Notes: generated by a model not told the origin, from the letters alone. A stretch of DNA of 32,000 bases from Planctopirus limnophila DSM 3776 (GCF_000092105.1 NC_014148.1:4320001-4352000), one strand, 5' to 3'. Shown: positions 1 through 8,499, counted from the first letter of the stretch. Numbers and translations are program-made.

Positions 1-157
1 TTCAAGGCTAATCGCTCATTGCGTGTTTCTATAAATTTCATGAACTCTCTGGAAAGGCTCCTATAGTCCTCCAGGGAGTTTTTGCTTTGTGTGAGAGTGC
101 TTGTGGTTCGAAAATCATGCAGATCGTCGTTTCAGCCACTTGAGCGGAGAGCCAGAG

Positions 158-985
158 ATGACCTGTCGCCAACTCCAGTCTGACTTGAGCCAGATGCTTG
201 ATTCTGTAGAGATCACATGGTGGGCACCAGAAGATCTCTGGGATGAAGCGCGGTTGAAGGCAGGACAAATTCATTTACTGGATGGCCGAAAGGATGCCGC
301 CCGATTTGTCGAACATTCGACTGCTTATCAGATCGTGGTCGATGTCACACCCTGGCTTTCGCATCCATTGGCGAAGCAGTTAGCCACATGGATCAATCCC
401 GATTTGGATCCTCAGCTTTCGGAGGAGCAGTCATCACCGCTGGGGTTGTTGCGAAGAATGAGTATTGCTCTTTCTGGTCCTTCAGCAATCCCTGGCCACC
501 TCGATCGATTGAAGTGGCAAGGGGCCGCGACGCTGGCCCACTTTTGGGGGCCATTGGAGAAAGTCGCTGCCGTCAACATTCAAACTGCTATGACGCCCGA
601 GGTCCTTGCATCGAACCAACACCTGATTGTGTGGACGATCTCAACGCTTCGACAAATTATCACGCTGGAAGTGGCCACAGGCTTGCCGCCGCGTGCCTGG
701 TGTGAAGCAGTTGGCCCTGCGGGTTCATTAGTCGTCGATGGTTTTCTTGACCCTTCTTTAGCAGCCAAGCCTCGCTTCTGGGTGCATGATGCCCGGGGGA
801 TTCCGCGTGCCGAAGAATTTTCACCTGCCAGTGAAGTCGAACTCTTTGCTCAGGATCTTCGGCTGGCTCAGCACGATTCGGCCCTGCGCGAGCACTGGAG
901 AATGCGGATCCAAAGAACTTCCCAATGGTTGGAAATCCTCGAAAAATCGGCCACAGAGTCGACGCTGAGTCGCTTTCTGCGATAA
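158..985 (+). CDS. hypothetical protein (275 aa, no recognisable domain)
   Basis: The track ORF 101..985 starts at TTG. The first ATG, at 158, is preceded by GGAGAG (145-150). I recognise no motif. The ORF ends 78 nt before the DUF3050 gene on the same strand. Coding status rests on ORF length and the absence of a better competing frame. Confidence 0.5.
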   Translation: MTCRQLQSDLSQMLDSVEITWWAPEDLWDEARLKAGQIHLLDGRKDAARFVEHSTAYQIVVDVTPWLSHPLAKQLATWINPDLDPQLSEEQSSPLGLLRRMSIALSGPSAIPGHLDRLKWQGAATLAHFWGPLEKVAAVNIQTAMTPEVLASNQHLIVWTISTLRQIITLEVATGLPPRAWCEAVGPAGSLVVDGFLDPSLAAKPRFWVHDARGIPRAEEFSPASEVELFAQDLRLAQHDSALREHWRMRIQRTSQWLEILEKSATESTLSRFLR

Positions 986-1062
986 TTCCTTTAGCGAAGC
1001 CAATTTTTACACTCGCCTGCAAGCCATTTTTTCGATCTCCAACAATCTTCGAAGATTTCGCG

Positions 1063-1884
1063 ATGAACACCGCCATTGGCTCATTGAAAACATCGGCTGC
1101 TGCCAGTGAACCCGCTCCGGAGGAAAATCCTCTCGATCGACTGGAAGCTTTGCGTGAGCGGTTGATCCAGCATCCGATCTATCAGGAGGTGAACTCGCTG
1201 GGCCGCATTCGCCTGTTCATGAGAGAACATGCTTTTGCTGTGTGGGATTTCATGTCGTTACTCAAACGGATGCAGCAACTTTGTACCTGCACCACAGTTC
1301 CGTGGGTCCCTTCGCCTCGACCGGAACTGAGCCGCTTTATCAATGAAATTGTGCTCGGTGAAGAGTGTGATGAAGATGGTCGTGGTGGCTACATCAGCCA
1401 TTACGCATTGTATCTTGAAGCCATGACCGAACTGGGTGCGGATCCGAAGCCGATTCAGCAACTGGTTTCCCGTATCGGGAACGGTGCCGATACCTATCGA
1501 GTCCTTGAGCAGCTGCCCGTGCTTTCCGCGACCAAAGAGTTTGTCCGCTTTACGTTGCAGTTGTGCCGGGTGGGGCAGCCTCATGAGGTTGCCGCGGTCT
1601 TCTTTTACAGCCGGGAAGACATCATTCCCGAGATGTTCAGCCGGTTGATTCCTGTACTCGAACCGCAGCAGGTTCCTGTCGGTCGCCTGCTGCATTATCT
1701 TCATCGACATGTTGAGTTAGACGGAGATCGTCACGGGCCACTGGCTCGTCTGGCCATGGAGCATCTTTGTGAAGGGAATGCTCAATGGCAACAACAGGCA
1801 CTCGTAGCCGCCGGAAGAGCCATTGAGCACCGCCTTGCACTCTGGGATGGACTCTTGAAAGCCTTTCAGGATCAGGGGCTTTAA
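1063..1884 (+). CDS. DUF3050-family protein (heme-oxygenase-like helical fold, CADD/PqqC/TenA-like)
   Basis: Track ORF 925..1884. I place the start at ATG 1063 (MNTAIGS...). The blocks HPIYQEV, FMREHAFAVWDFMSLLK, YISHYALYLEAM and LHYLHRHVELDGDRHGP match my memory of DUF3050. The family call is from memory, not from a search. Confidence 0.7.
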   Translation: MNTAIGSLKTSAAASEPAPEENPLDRLEALRERLIQHPIYQEVNSLGRIRLFMREHAFAVWDFMSLLKRMQQLCTCTTVPWVPSPRPELSRFINEIVLGEECDEDGRGGYISHYALYLEAMTELGADPKPIQQLVSRIGNGADTYRVLEQLPVLSATKEFVRFTLQLCRVGQPHEVAAVFFYSREDIIPEMFSRLIPVLEPQQVPVGRLLHYLHRHVELDGDRHGPLARLAMEHLCEGNAQWQQQALVAAGRAIEHRLALWDGLLKAFQDQGL

Positions 1885-1979
1885 GAACTTCGAGGATTCC
1901 TGTGTGGTTTCCTGTCGTTCTTTTCTCCTCACGGATTTGAGTATCAACTGCTCCGAAGACTCGATACACAAAGGCAATC

Positions 1980-2014
1980 AAACATGCTTGCTCCGAGCCG
2001 CAAGCATGGCACGC
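1980..2014 (-). repeat. REP-like palindromic element, copy A (subfamily 1)
   Basis: The minus strand reads GCGTGCCATGCTTGCGGCTCGGAGCAAGCATGTTT. The 9-bp arms are CATGCTTGC (1983-1991) and GCAAGCATG (2000-2008), separated by an 8-nt loop. It is nearly identical to copy C at 16651. It lies about 50 nt downstream of the stop of the minus-strand ATPase gene. Confidence 0.8.
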
Positions 2015-2059
2015 AAAACGCAGTGGAATTGTGGAATCTGTACGAACTGCAAAATGAGG

Positions 2060-5000
2060 TCAACCAGCCCGACGGGCCTGCGTTTCCAATCGTGAGAGCC
2101 AGACAGGTTCAACCCCGCGAGACTGGAACTGCTCGGCAAAACTCATGTGGCTGGTAAAGACCAGGACCTGCTGCCCAGTCGAAGCAAAATCGATGAGCGT
2201 ATCGACGGCAGCACCTGAGCGGTGTTCGTCAAAGTTGACAGTCACATCGTCAAGAATCATGGGCAATTCGATATTTCGGGCCGTAAACCTTCGCACCATG
2301 GCCAGTCGAATGGCGAGGAAGAGTTGTTCACGGGTGCCGCCAGAAAGCATCTGGACGGGCCACGGCTGTTGACGATCATCATCGACGCACAGCGCATGCT
2401 GTCCCAGTGGTGTCCAGATATTCGGGTATTGGCCACAGGTGAGCTTCGAGAGGAATGGCGAAGCTTCGGCCAGCAATTGAGGCTGATTGGTGCGCTCGAA
2501 GCGCTGCCTTAACTCTTCCATACTCTGACCGGCAAGAGCCGCTGCATACCAGTCCTCAAGACCAGTACGCATCTGCTGCTCAAGTGTGGCCAGTTCGAGC
2601 CGGCGCGTCATGCCGGAAGTATCCGCTTCAAGAGTCCTGGTCTCCTGTTTGACACTTCCCAGTTCTTCGTAAAGCTTCTTGAGATCCTGCTCGACAATTG
2701 CCAGATCTTTGGTGAGTTCACCAATCCTTTGATCGTTCTGTGTGCGATTGAATTTCTGCAGCACATCTTCGGTGATGGCCAGTGTGGGTTGTGACTGCAC
2801 AGCCTGTTCAAGATCATGCTGAGCCTGCTTGAGGCGCAGTTCCCATTCTTTACGCTTTTCCCAAGTCTTGATTCGATCAATCAAGCCTTCGCGGTCGCGG
2901 ACACCGGCAGCACTGAGCATCGCCGTACGATCCAGATGCTGCTGCTCAAGTTTGCGATCAAGCTGGAAGCGAAGTTCCTGCCGACTTTCGAGCATGCGGT
3001 CGAGCTTGCGTTTGGCCTTCCGTTTTTCCAGGGCGGTCGTGAGATCTTTACGCCAGTTCTCCAGTGGCAGCCAGAGATTGGCATTGGCCGGCAGACTCTG
3101 GCCCATCCGTTTAGCAAGAGTTTCAACTTTCTGCCGAAAGACCTGCTGCTCAGCACGAATCCCGTTCAGGCGATGACTCAGCTCTCGCGAACGTGCCAAT
3201 TGCTCGAAGGCACCATGGACTCTTTCCCAACTGGAGTAGGCATTGGAGACCGAAGTGGTTTCATCCAGACCGATACCCGCCAGTTTGCGGCTCCAGTCGT
3301 GCCGGGCCTGAGCGAGTTCGCGCTGGCCTTCCTGAAGTTTCTTACGAGCGGCACTTAACGACTTGCGGACACGGCGAATTTCCTGAAATTGCCGCTGCAG
3401 TTTTTCAAGATCCGCCAGGCGGGCAGCGGCCTGCGCAATCAGACCGCCATCATTGGCCCCCTGCATCCACTGCTCGAGTTCAGCAGCATCCATCAGGTCG
3501 TGGGTCTGGGCGAGATCGCGCATCTGCTCGCGGGCTTCGTGCAGACGCACCTGATAATCCCGGCGACTTTCACGAATGGCACGCAGTTGATCTTCCGCAT
3601 CACGCTCGAATTGAACCTTGAGTCCATACGAGAGGCTGATGGCCATGACCCCCACCAGGGCATAGATCGTCCCCACCAGCACACCTGTGGTGATCGACGT
3701 TAATGCTCCCCAGAAGAGGAGCCCGACGCCAGCCGCCAGAAACAGGAAGAGCAGTGTAAAAATCCAGGGGGGCATGCTGGAATGAACGCGAATCCGTTCG
3801 AGCTGCTTTTCAATTTCGCGAATTCGTTCGAGATGTTCGCCAGCAGCAATCCGCAAGCGGCCCAGTTCGACGACATGAGCCAGTCTCTGGCGAGCAAAGT
3901 GCAAAGGCTCTTCGATGGTCTCGCTTTGAATGCCCAGTTCAAGAAGAGTCGTACGCAGCGCCAACTCGCGGTCGTGGCAGACACTCGACTTTTTGCGATA
4001 GCGACGCTGCCTGGCCAGTTGCCGGGCCCGCATATCCTGATAACCACGGGCCGAGCTGAGAAGCTCGGCATGAGTCGCGGGAGTATCGACAATTTCACTG
4101 AGCCGCTGTCTGGTCCATTTGGGGCCCAGTTCTTTAAGCCGCCGCGTGAGATCCTGCTCGACGGTATTGAGTTCCTGTTCGGCCGCCAGACGATGGGTAT
4201 CCTGATTCTGCCAGGCTGGCTGATGTTCCCAGAGAGCATGGAGACTCGGGCCAAAACGTCCGAAATCAGCCAGTTTGCGGGCCGATTTGAGCTTCTCTTC
4301 GATGGCAAGCGCACGCGATCTGGCTGTGTCGCGATCCTGCCCAAGCGTCACAATGGCTGCTTCGATCCGATCGAGCTTCGAGATCGTATCCGGAGCAATA
4401 GCTTGCAGTTCTGGCAAACCACTGAGCTCACGCTGACACTGGCCGACAAGTCGCCACGGTTCCCAGACACGTTGCAGATGGCGGGCTTCGAGCAACGCGG
4501 CCTGCAGATTGGTCTGCCGGGAAGTGAGATTCTCCTGCCGGGTTTCGAGTTGCTCCCGCTTGCGGAGAAGTTCGCGGTGCCGCTTGAGCCGAGTCGATTC
4601 GGCTTCATTGAGAGCGCGCAAACGTGTTCTCTGCTGAGCCAGTTCGAGGAGTTTTCCCGACATCGCCTGCGGATTGCGAATGGCTCGCTGATAGCTTTCG
4701 AGCTTGGGCACAGCATCCTGTAACTGACGACCCTGTGGGCCTAAAGTCATGGCGTAGATATGCCGGGCGACCGCTTCGTCTTCGAGAGTGCCGAGTTGTT
4801 GAAGTTCTGGCAGACCGAGTGCAAAGACCGATTGAAACAAGCGGGCGTCGAGATGGCCGATGAGTTCTTCGTAAAGCGGCTTCGCTGCATGAGCGGTATC
4901 GAGGCCATCAATCGTTAAACGACCGGCATCGCCCTCGAGTGTCGCCATACGATGCAGTCGATGCGTCCGCCCCTGATGCTGGACTTCCAGCGAACCTTCC

Positions 5001-5203
5001 CGGCTGAAGCGGTCTCGCCAGCGGTCGGCAATCTGCCGGTCATCAATGGTGAAGCCATAGAGCATGGAACGGAGGAACCTGAGCAGTGTGGTTTTACCAG
5101 TGCCGTTTGTTCCGTAGAAAACCGTCAGGCCATTGGGCTTGATGGTCTGGTCGAAATCTTCCCAGACTCCGAACCGATCAATATGGATATTCGAGATCTT
5201 CAC
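2060..5203 (-). CDS. SMC/Rad50/SbcC-like ABC ATPase, YhaN (SbcE)-like, with central hydrophobic hairpin
   Basis: 1047-aa ORF with a GTG start at 5203. It has a Walker A (GTNGTGKTT) near the N-terminus and very long charged heptad-like segments. The C-terminus carries an LSGGTREQ signature, an ILDD Walker B and an FTSH H-loop. This is the split ABC head typical of SbcC/Rad50/YhaN. The start overlaps the stop of the upstream phosphoesterase gene by 4 nt (GTGA). Confidence 0.85.
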   Translation of the reverse strand: MKISNIHIDRFGVWEDFDQTIKPNGLTVFYGTNGTGKTTLLRFLRSMLYGFTIDDRQIADRWRDRFSREGSLEVQHQGRTHRLHRMATLEGDAGRLTIDGLDTAHAAKPLYEELIGHLDARLFQSVFALGLPELQQLGTLEDEAVARHIYAMTLGPQGRQLQDAVPKLESYQRAIRNPQAMSGKLLELAQQRTRLRALNEAESTRLKRHRELLRKREQLETRQENLTSRQTNLQAALLEARHLQRVWEPWRLVGQCQRELSGLPELQAIAPDTISKLDRIEAAIVTLGQDRDTARSRALAIEEKLKSARKLADFGRFGPSLHALWEHQPAWQNQDTHRLAAEQELNTVEQDLTRRLKELGPKWTRQRLSEIVDTPATHAELLSSARGYQDMRARQLARQRRYRKKSSVCHDRELALRTTLLELGIQSETIEEPLHFARQRLAHVVELGRLRIAAGEHLERIREIEKQLERIRVHSSMPPWIFTLLFLFLAAGVGLLFWGALTSITTGVLVGTIYALVGVMAISLSYGLKVQFERDAEDQLRAIRESRRDYQVRLHEAREQMRDLAQTHDLMDAAELEQWMQGANDGGLIAQAAARLADLEKLQRQFQEIRRVRKSLSAARKKLQEGQRELAQARHDWSRKLAGIGLDETTSVSNAYSSWERVHGAFEQLARSRELSHRLNGIRAEQQVFRQKVETLAKRMGQSLPANANLWLPLENWRKDLTTALEKRKAKRKLDRMLESRQELRFQLDRKLEQQHLDRTAMLSAAGVRDREGLIDRIKTWEKRKEWELRLKQAQHDLEQAVQSQPTLAITEDVLQKFNRTQNDQRIGELTKDLAIVEQDLKKLYEELGSVKQETRTLEADTSGMTRRLELATLEQQMRTGLEDWYAAALAGQSMEELRQRFERTNQPQLLAEASPFLSKLTCGQYPNIWTPLGQHALCVDDDRQQPWPVQMLSGGTREQLFLAIRLAMVRRFTARNIELPMILDDVTVNFDEHRSGAAVDTLIDFASTGQQVLVFTSHMSFAEQFQSRGVEPVWLSRLETQARRAG

Positions 5204-6528
5204 GGGGTTACATCTCCCGACGTTTGTCCGTCCGCAGAAGAGCTTCCAGCAGCAGTCAGATCGGCAAGGTCACTGAGCCATTCATGACAGAGTTGTCGAG
5301 CCTGACCGGCAATTCGTTCTTCGTCGAGGGGGCCAACACTGGCCAGAAGGCCAGCGAAAAAGTCATCCTGTTCCGGGAGATGATCGAGCATCCAGGTCTG
5401 CCAGGTGTCATCATCTTTAGGTTCAATTCGATCGAGCACTTCCCGGGCATTGGCTTCGAGCGAGTTCTCCTGATTCAGCCAGTACCAGTGACTGCCATAA
5501 CGTGGGAGACAGGTGTGTCGCCACTTGCCGGTCTCGAGCTGATCAGTCCAGTCGGTGAGATGTCGCAATAAATTGGCAATGGCCGCATCACTGGCGAGAT
5601 CCTGCAGCACGTCGCTGGTCCCCACAAATGACCAGTGAGCCAGCCGCAGAGATTCGTGCGGTAAAGGCTGCTGCTCCTGCACAATGGCGAACATTTTTTC
5701 GACAAGCTGTGACCGTGACTTCAGTGGGCTGATATCCATCGTGAACTGGAATCGACGCACAGGAGAAAGTGGTTGATTCGTGAGTTGAATGCGACCTGTC
5801 GAATCGACATCGACCAGAGTGGCACCTGTGGTGAGGTCGCGCCGTCGAAACGGAACTGGTAATGGCGGGGAGTGCACGAGCCCTTCGGTAATCGGCAACA
5901 ACTCGGGGGACTGGCGGCCACCATGCGCGAGATAATGAACCGATACATATCGACGAGCCGCATGCGTGGCCCCGGCTTCCGCCATACTCTGGCTGGGGAG
6001 ACGATGACAGACAACCCCGACGACAAAAGGATTCACCTGCCCTTTTTTCGGCACACGGGCGCGCAAGCGTTCAAGTTCAGGCGGATCGACACTGGTGGAA
6101 TCTGTAATGGGCACGATGGCACAGTAAGTCTGTCCGCCGACAGTCAGATCAATGGCCGGGTCTTCGGCATGTTCGAAGAGTGTGACGTTTTCCGGAAGTG
6201 CGGGGATCGCGGCCCAGCCGCTGGCTGTATCGAGCTGGCCGGGAGCGATAATGAGAGGGATCTCTTTGGCGTCTAATCGCTGGGCGCCCTGTCGAAAAGC
6301 AACTTCGGCAGCGAGTGAGGCCTCACGGAAGTCGAAGGTGTCACCCGTGAGGAGGACGAAATCGACATCTTTGGCAATGGCCAGATCGACCAGTCGCTCC
6401 CAGGCAAAGAGCGTGGCATGGGCGGCCGTCTTTGCCAGATCTCCGGCCAGTTCGCCCGTTTCGAGAAGTGGCCGCTCCAGCATCAAGCCGGCGGCATGCA
6501 GAAACCGCATGGGCCTGAACTGTGTCAT
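5200..6528 (-). CDS. calcineurin-like metallophosphoesterase, SbcD/Mre11/YhaO-like (motifs partly degenerate)
   Basis: 442-aa ORF. The blocks MRFLHAAGLML, DVDFVLLTGDTFDF and IPLIIAPGQLD align by eye with phosphoesterase motifs I-III of SbcD/Mre11. AAGGA lies 5 nt upstream of ATG 6528. An alternative start is M7 at 6510. There is a 4-nt overlap with the ATPase gene. Confidence 0.75.
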   Translation of the reverse strand: MTQFRPMRFLHAAGLMLERPLLETGELAGDLAKTAAHATLFAWERLVDLAIAKDVDFVLLTGDTFDFREASLAAEVAFRQGAQRLDAKEIPLIIAPGQLDTASGWAAIPALPENVTLFEHAEDPAIDLTVGGQTYCAIVPITDSTSVDPPELERLRARVPKKGQVNPFVVGVVCHRLPSQSMAEAGATHAARRYVSVHYLAHGGRQSPELLPITEGLVHSPPLPVPFRRRDLTTGATLVDVDSTGRIQLTNQPLSPVRRFQFTMDISPLKSRSQLVEKMFAIVQEQQPLPHESLRLAHWSFVGTSDVLQDLASDAAIANLLRHLTDWTDQLETGKWRHTCLPRYGSHWYWLNQENSLEANAREVLDRIEPKDDDTWQTWMLDHLPEQDDFFAGLLASVGPLDEERIAGQARQLCHEWLSDLADLTAAGSSSADGQTSGDVTP

Positions 6529-6766
6529 CGGAATCCTTTCCGTCCAAGGGAAGTTCGGCAGTTTCTGCCAGTTGTTCGCAGTTTACCGCTTTTGCTGGCT
6601 TTAGCGAAAGTGAAGTTTCCGAAATGGTGTGGACTGGTGAACAGTTTTCTATCGCTTTCGAGCCGAGCAAGATGCCAAAGACTGTGATCGAGAGTTCAGA
6701 AGGTGAGTCACGAATTTCACTTTCCAGTCGTTCAGTCATTCAAGATGCGTTGCGTGATGGCTTGAT

Positions 6767-6796
6767 CATGCTTTCCCAGAGCTGCAACCATAGCAT
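6767..6796 (-). repeat. decayed copy (E) of the REP-like element
   Basis: CATGCTTTCCCAGAGCTGCAACCATAGCAT matches copy B (CATGCTTGCCCAGAGCTGCAAGCATGGCAC) at 26 of 30 positions. The substitutions break the stem. It lies in the divergent region between the phosphoesterase gene and gluQ. Confidence 0.55.
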
Positions 6797-6856
6797 TAAA
6801 CCTTGCGTGGCTTTTTGAAGCTTGCGGGTGAAACGAGGCATGGTCTCAGGAAGAAT

Positions 6857-7873
6857 ATGGCGACAGGTCGACTCGCACCATCACCCACCGGGGCACAACA
6901 TCCGGGGAATGCCCGCACCTTTCTGGTGGCGTGGCTGGCGGCGCGATCGACAGGTTCGCGGTTGATTCTCCGGATTGAGGATCTCGATTCACCCAGAGTC
7001 AAGCCCTGGGCCATGACACAGGCGGTTGAGGATCTGGCGTGGCTGGGGCTGGATTGGGACGAGGGGCCCAACACCCAACTTTCTGCGAGCGATCCGAACA
7101 GCGGCAAGACATCGAACTGGTTTGATGATCCCGCTTCGAACGGCTTTGTGCAGTCGCGGCGACTGGCTCGATATGCGGAAATTTTCCACGCCTTGCGGGA
7201 TGCCGAATGGGTTTATCCTTGTACTTGCAGAAGGGCTGACGTGAGCCAGGCCGCCAGTGCGCCCCATCAGGGGCACGAGCCCGCGATTTATCCGGGAACA
7301 TGCAGGCATCGCCAAGCGGCTGATGCCGATCAACTGGCTGAGGGTTCCTACTGCTGGAGATTTCGCACGGCAGGCTTTACTGAGCTCATGGGCTGGAAGG
7401 ATCGAATTGCCGGTGAGCAGAGTGCCATGCTTCCATACGCTCTGGGCGACTTTGTAATTGCCAAAGCGGATGGAACTCCTGCGTATCAACTGGCCGTCGT
7501 AGTCGATGATCACGACATGGAGGTGAGAGAAGTGGTGCGGGGTGATGACCTGATCCCGAGCACTTATCGGCAACTGGCTTTGTATCAGGTGCTGGGATGG
7601 TCTGCGCCAGAGTTCGCCCATGTGCCGCTGGTAAAAGGGCCTGATGGTTTAAGACTGGCCAAGCGGCACGGCGATTCGCGACTGTCAATCTTGCGGGAAG
7701 CGGATGTGGACTCTCGCGTGGTGATGGGCTGGTTGGCCTGTTCACTGGGACTCAGAGAGAACGACGCCCCGATTTCTCCTGCAGAGCTGATTGCTGATTT
7801 CGCCTGGGACAAGATTCCCAAACACCCAGTCACCTTCCCGAGAGAAATCTGGGATCAATGGTTGGGAAGATGA
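6857..7873 (+). CDS. gluQ: tRNA glutamyl-Q(34) synthetase (GluQRS, truncated GluRS paralog)
   Basis: Track ORF 6803..7873; start set at ATG 6857 (MATGRLAPSPTGAQHPGNARTF...). It has a class I HIGH-type motif (HPGN) and the blocks RIEDLD and PAYQLAVVVDD. A zinc-site pattern C-x-C...Y-x-x-x-C (YPCTCRR...IYPGTCRHR) matches E. coli YadB. There is no anticodon-binding domain, which fits the length. Confidence 0.85.
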   Translation: MATGRLAPSPTGAQHPGNARTFLVAWLAARSTGSRLILRIEDLDSPRVKPWAMTQAVEDLAWLGLDWDEGPNTQLSASDPNSGKTSNWFDDPASNGFVQSRRLARYAEIFHALRDAEWVYPCTCRRADVSQAASAPHQGHEPAIYPGTCRHRQAADADQLAEGSYCWRFRTAGFTELMGWKDRIAGEQSAMLPYALGDFVIAKADGTPAYQLAVVVDDHDMEVREVVRGDDLIPSTYRQLALYQVLGWSAPEFAHVPLVKGPDGLRLAKRHGDSRLSILREADVDSRVVMGWLACSLGLRENDAPISPAELIADFAWDKIPKHPVTFPREIWDQWLGR

Positions 7874-7930
7874 TGTCGATCCCATGCGGGGATGATCAAC
7901 AAAATCGAACCTGTCTGGACTTAATTGTCT

Positions 7931-7976
7931 ATGAAAACAAAGCCGGGCTTACCTCATGTTTGAAGTAAGCCCGGCT
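7931..7976 (-). terminator. intrinsic terminator of the lipoprotein gene, between convergent genes
   Basis: Perfect 12-bp stem AGCCGGGCTTAC (7941-7952) / GTAAGCCCGGCT (7965-7976) with a 12-nt loop. On the minus strand it is followed by TTGTTTTCAT. It lies 30 nt past the lipoprotein stop. There is no U-tract on the plus side. Confidence 0.65.
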
Positions 7977-8006
7977 GCTGATCACTCAAGGAAGCTAGAG
8001 AACAGA

Positions 8007-8342
8007 CTAAAGCTTCTCGATCATGCCAGAAGCCACTTTCTTGATCACATCCGCATTGGATGTCTTTTCGAGTTTGCCGAGTTCTGTCAGGAGTTGATTA
8101 GCCAGTTCGGGCTCCGTCTTTTTGAGTTCAAGAATGGACTCGCGCATACCCGAAAGACCACTTCCCCCGGAGCCGGTCTCAGCGATGGCCTGGAGACGTT
8201 TCTTGAGGTTCTCTTTGCCACTGGTTTCGGCAGGTTGAGACTGACTTTCGACTTTGACGGTGCTACCGCCGCAGCCCGAGAGTGCAACTCCGCAGAAAGA
8301 GAGTCCCAAACCCAAGCAGAGGATCTGATATCGAAGATTCAT
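8007..8342 (-). CDS. small lipoprotein (111 aa), function unknown
   Basis: MNLRYQILCLGLGLSFCGVALSGCGG is a signal peptide with an LSGC lipobox. AGGAAG lies 8 nt upstream of the ATG. A terminator follows. Confidence 0.6.
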   Translation of the reverse strand: MNLRYQILCLGLGLSFCGVALSGCGGSTVKVESQSQPAETSGKENLKKRLQAIAETGSGGSGLSGMRESILELKKTEPELANQLLTELGKLEKTSNADVIKKVASGMIEKL

Positions 8343-8395
8343 TTCTGGAACTTCCTGATGATATGTTTCTCAGAAGATAACAGCGCTGAGTTGGC

Positions 8396-8434
8396 TGCGA
8401 AGACATGCTTGCCCAGAGCTGCAAGCATGGCACA
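8396..8434 (-). repeat. REP-like palindromic element, copy B (subfamily 2)
   Basis: The minus strand reads TGTGCCATGCTTGCAGCTCTGGGCAAGCATGTCTTCGCA, identical to the core of copy D. Arms are at 8404-8412 and 8421-8429. It lies about 64 nt downstream of the DUF1559 gene stop on the same strand. Confidence 0.8.
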
Positions 8435-8499
8435 ACGATCGCTGTTACTTCATAGAAAGCGTATGAGTTGTTGAGAAAAACAAGTTGATTCAGGAAGAT

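Noticed and set aside
38-274. A 78-aa minus-strand ORF at the left edge.
   Set aside because: It overlaps the better-supported plus-strand ORF starting at 158, and it has Cys/Trp-rich, non-protein-like composition.
3782-4723. Long antisense ORFs inside well-supported genes. Examples: 3782..4723 (313 aa) opposite the ATPase gene, 19948..20991 (347 aa) opposite the HEAT/TPR gene, 30406..31170 (254 aa) opposite hpnH, 6989..7621 opposite gluQ, and 10267..10941 opposite the sugar kinase.
   Set aside because: In each case the opposite strand encodes a protein with clear family motifs. The antisense translations are Arg/Ser/Pro-rich and low in information, as expected for the reverse frames of moderately GC-rich genes. 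I found no independent support for overlapping genes.
6522-6818. A 98-aa ORF in the divergent region between the phosphoesterase gene and gluQ.
   Set aside because: It overlaps the phosphoesterase start and the likely promoters. It has no SD or recognisable motif, and it partly runs through the decayed REP-like copy. It is probably non-coding.
7422-7447. An internal gluQ segment, GTGCCATGCTT...GCTCTGGGC, resembles the left arm and loop of REP-like subfamily 2.
   Set aside because: There is no right arm (GCAAGCATG) nearby, and a 6-nt interruption breaks the match. The segment encodes the conserved GluQRS block SAMLPYALGDFV. It is most likely chance similarity within constrained coding sequence.
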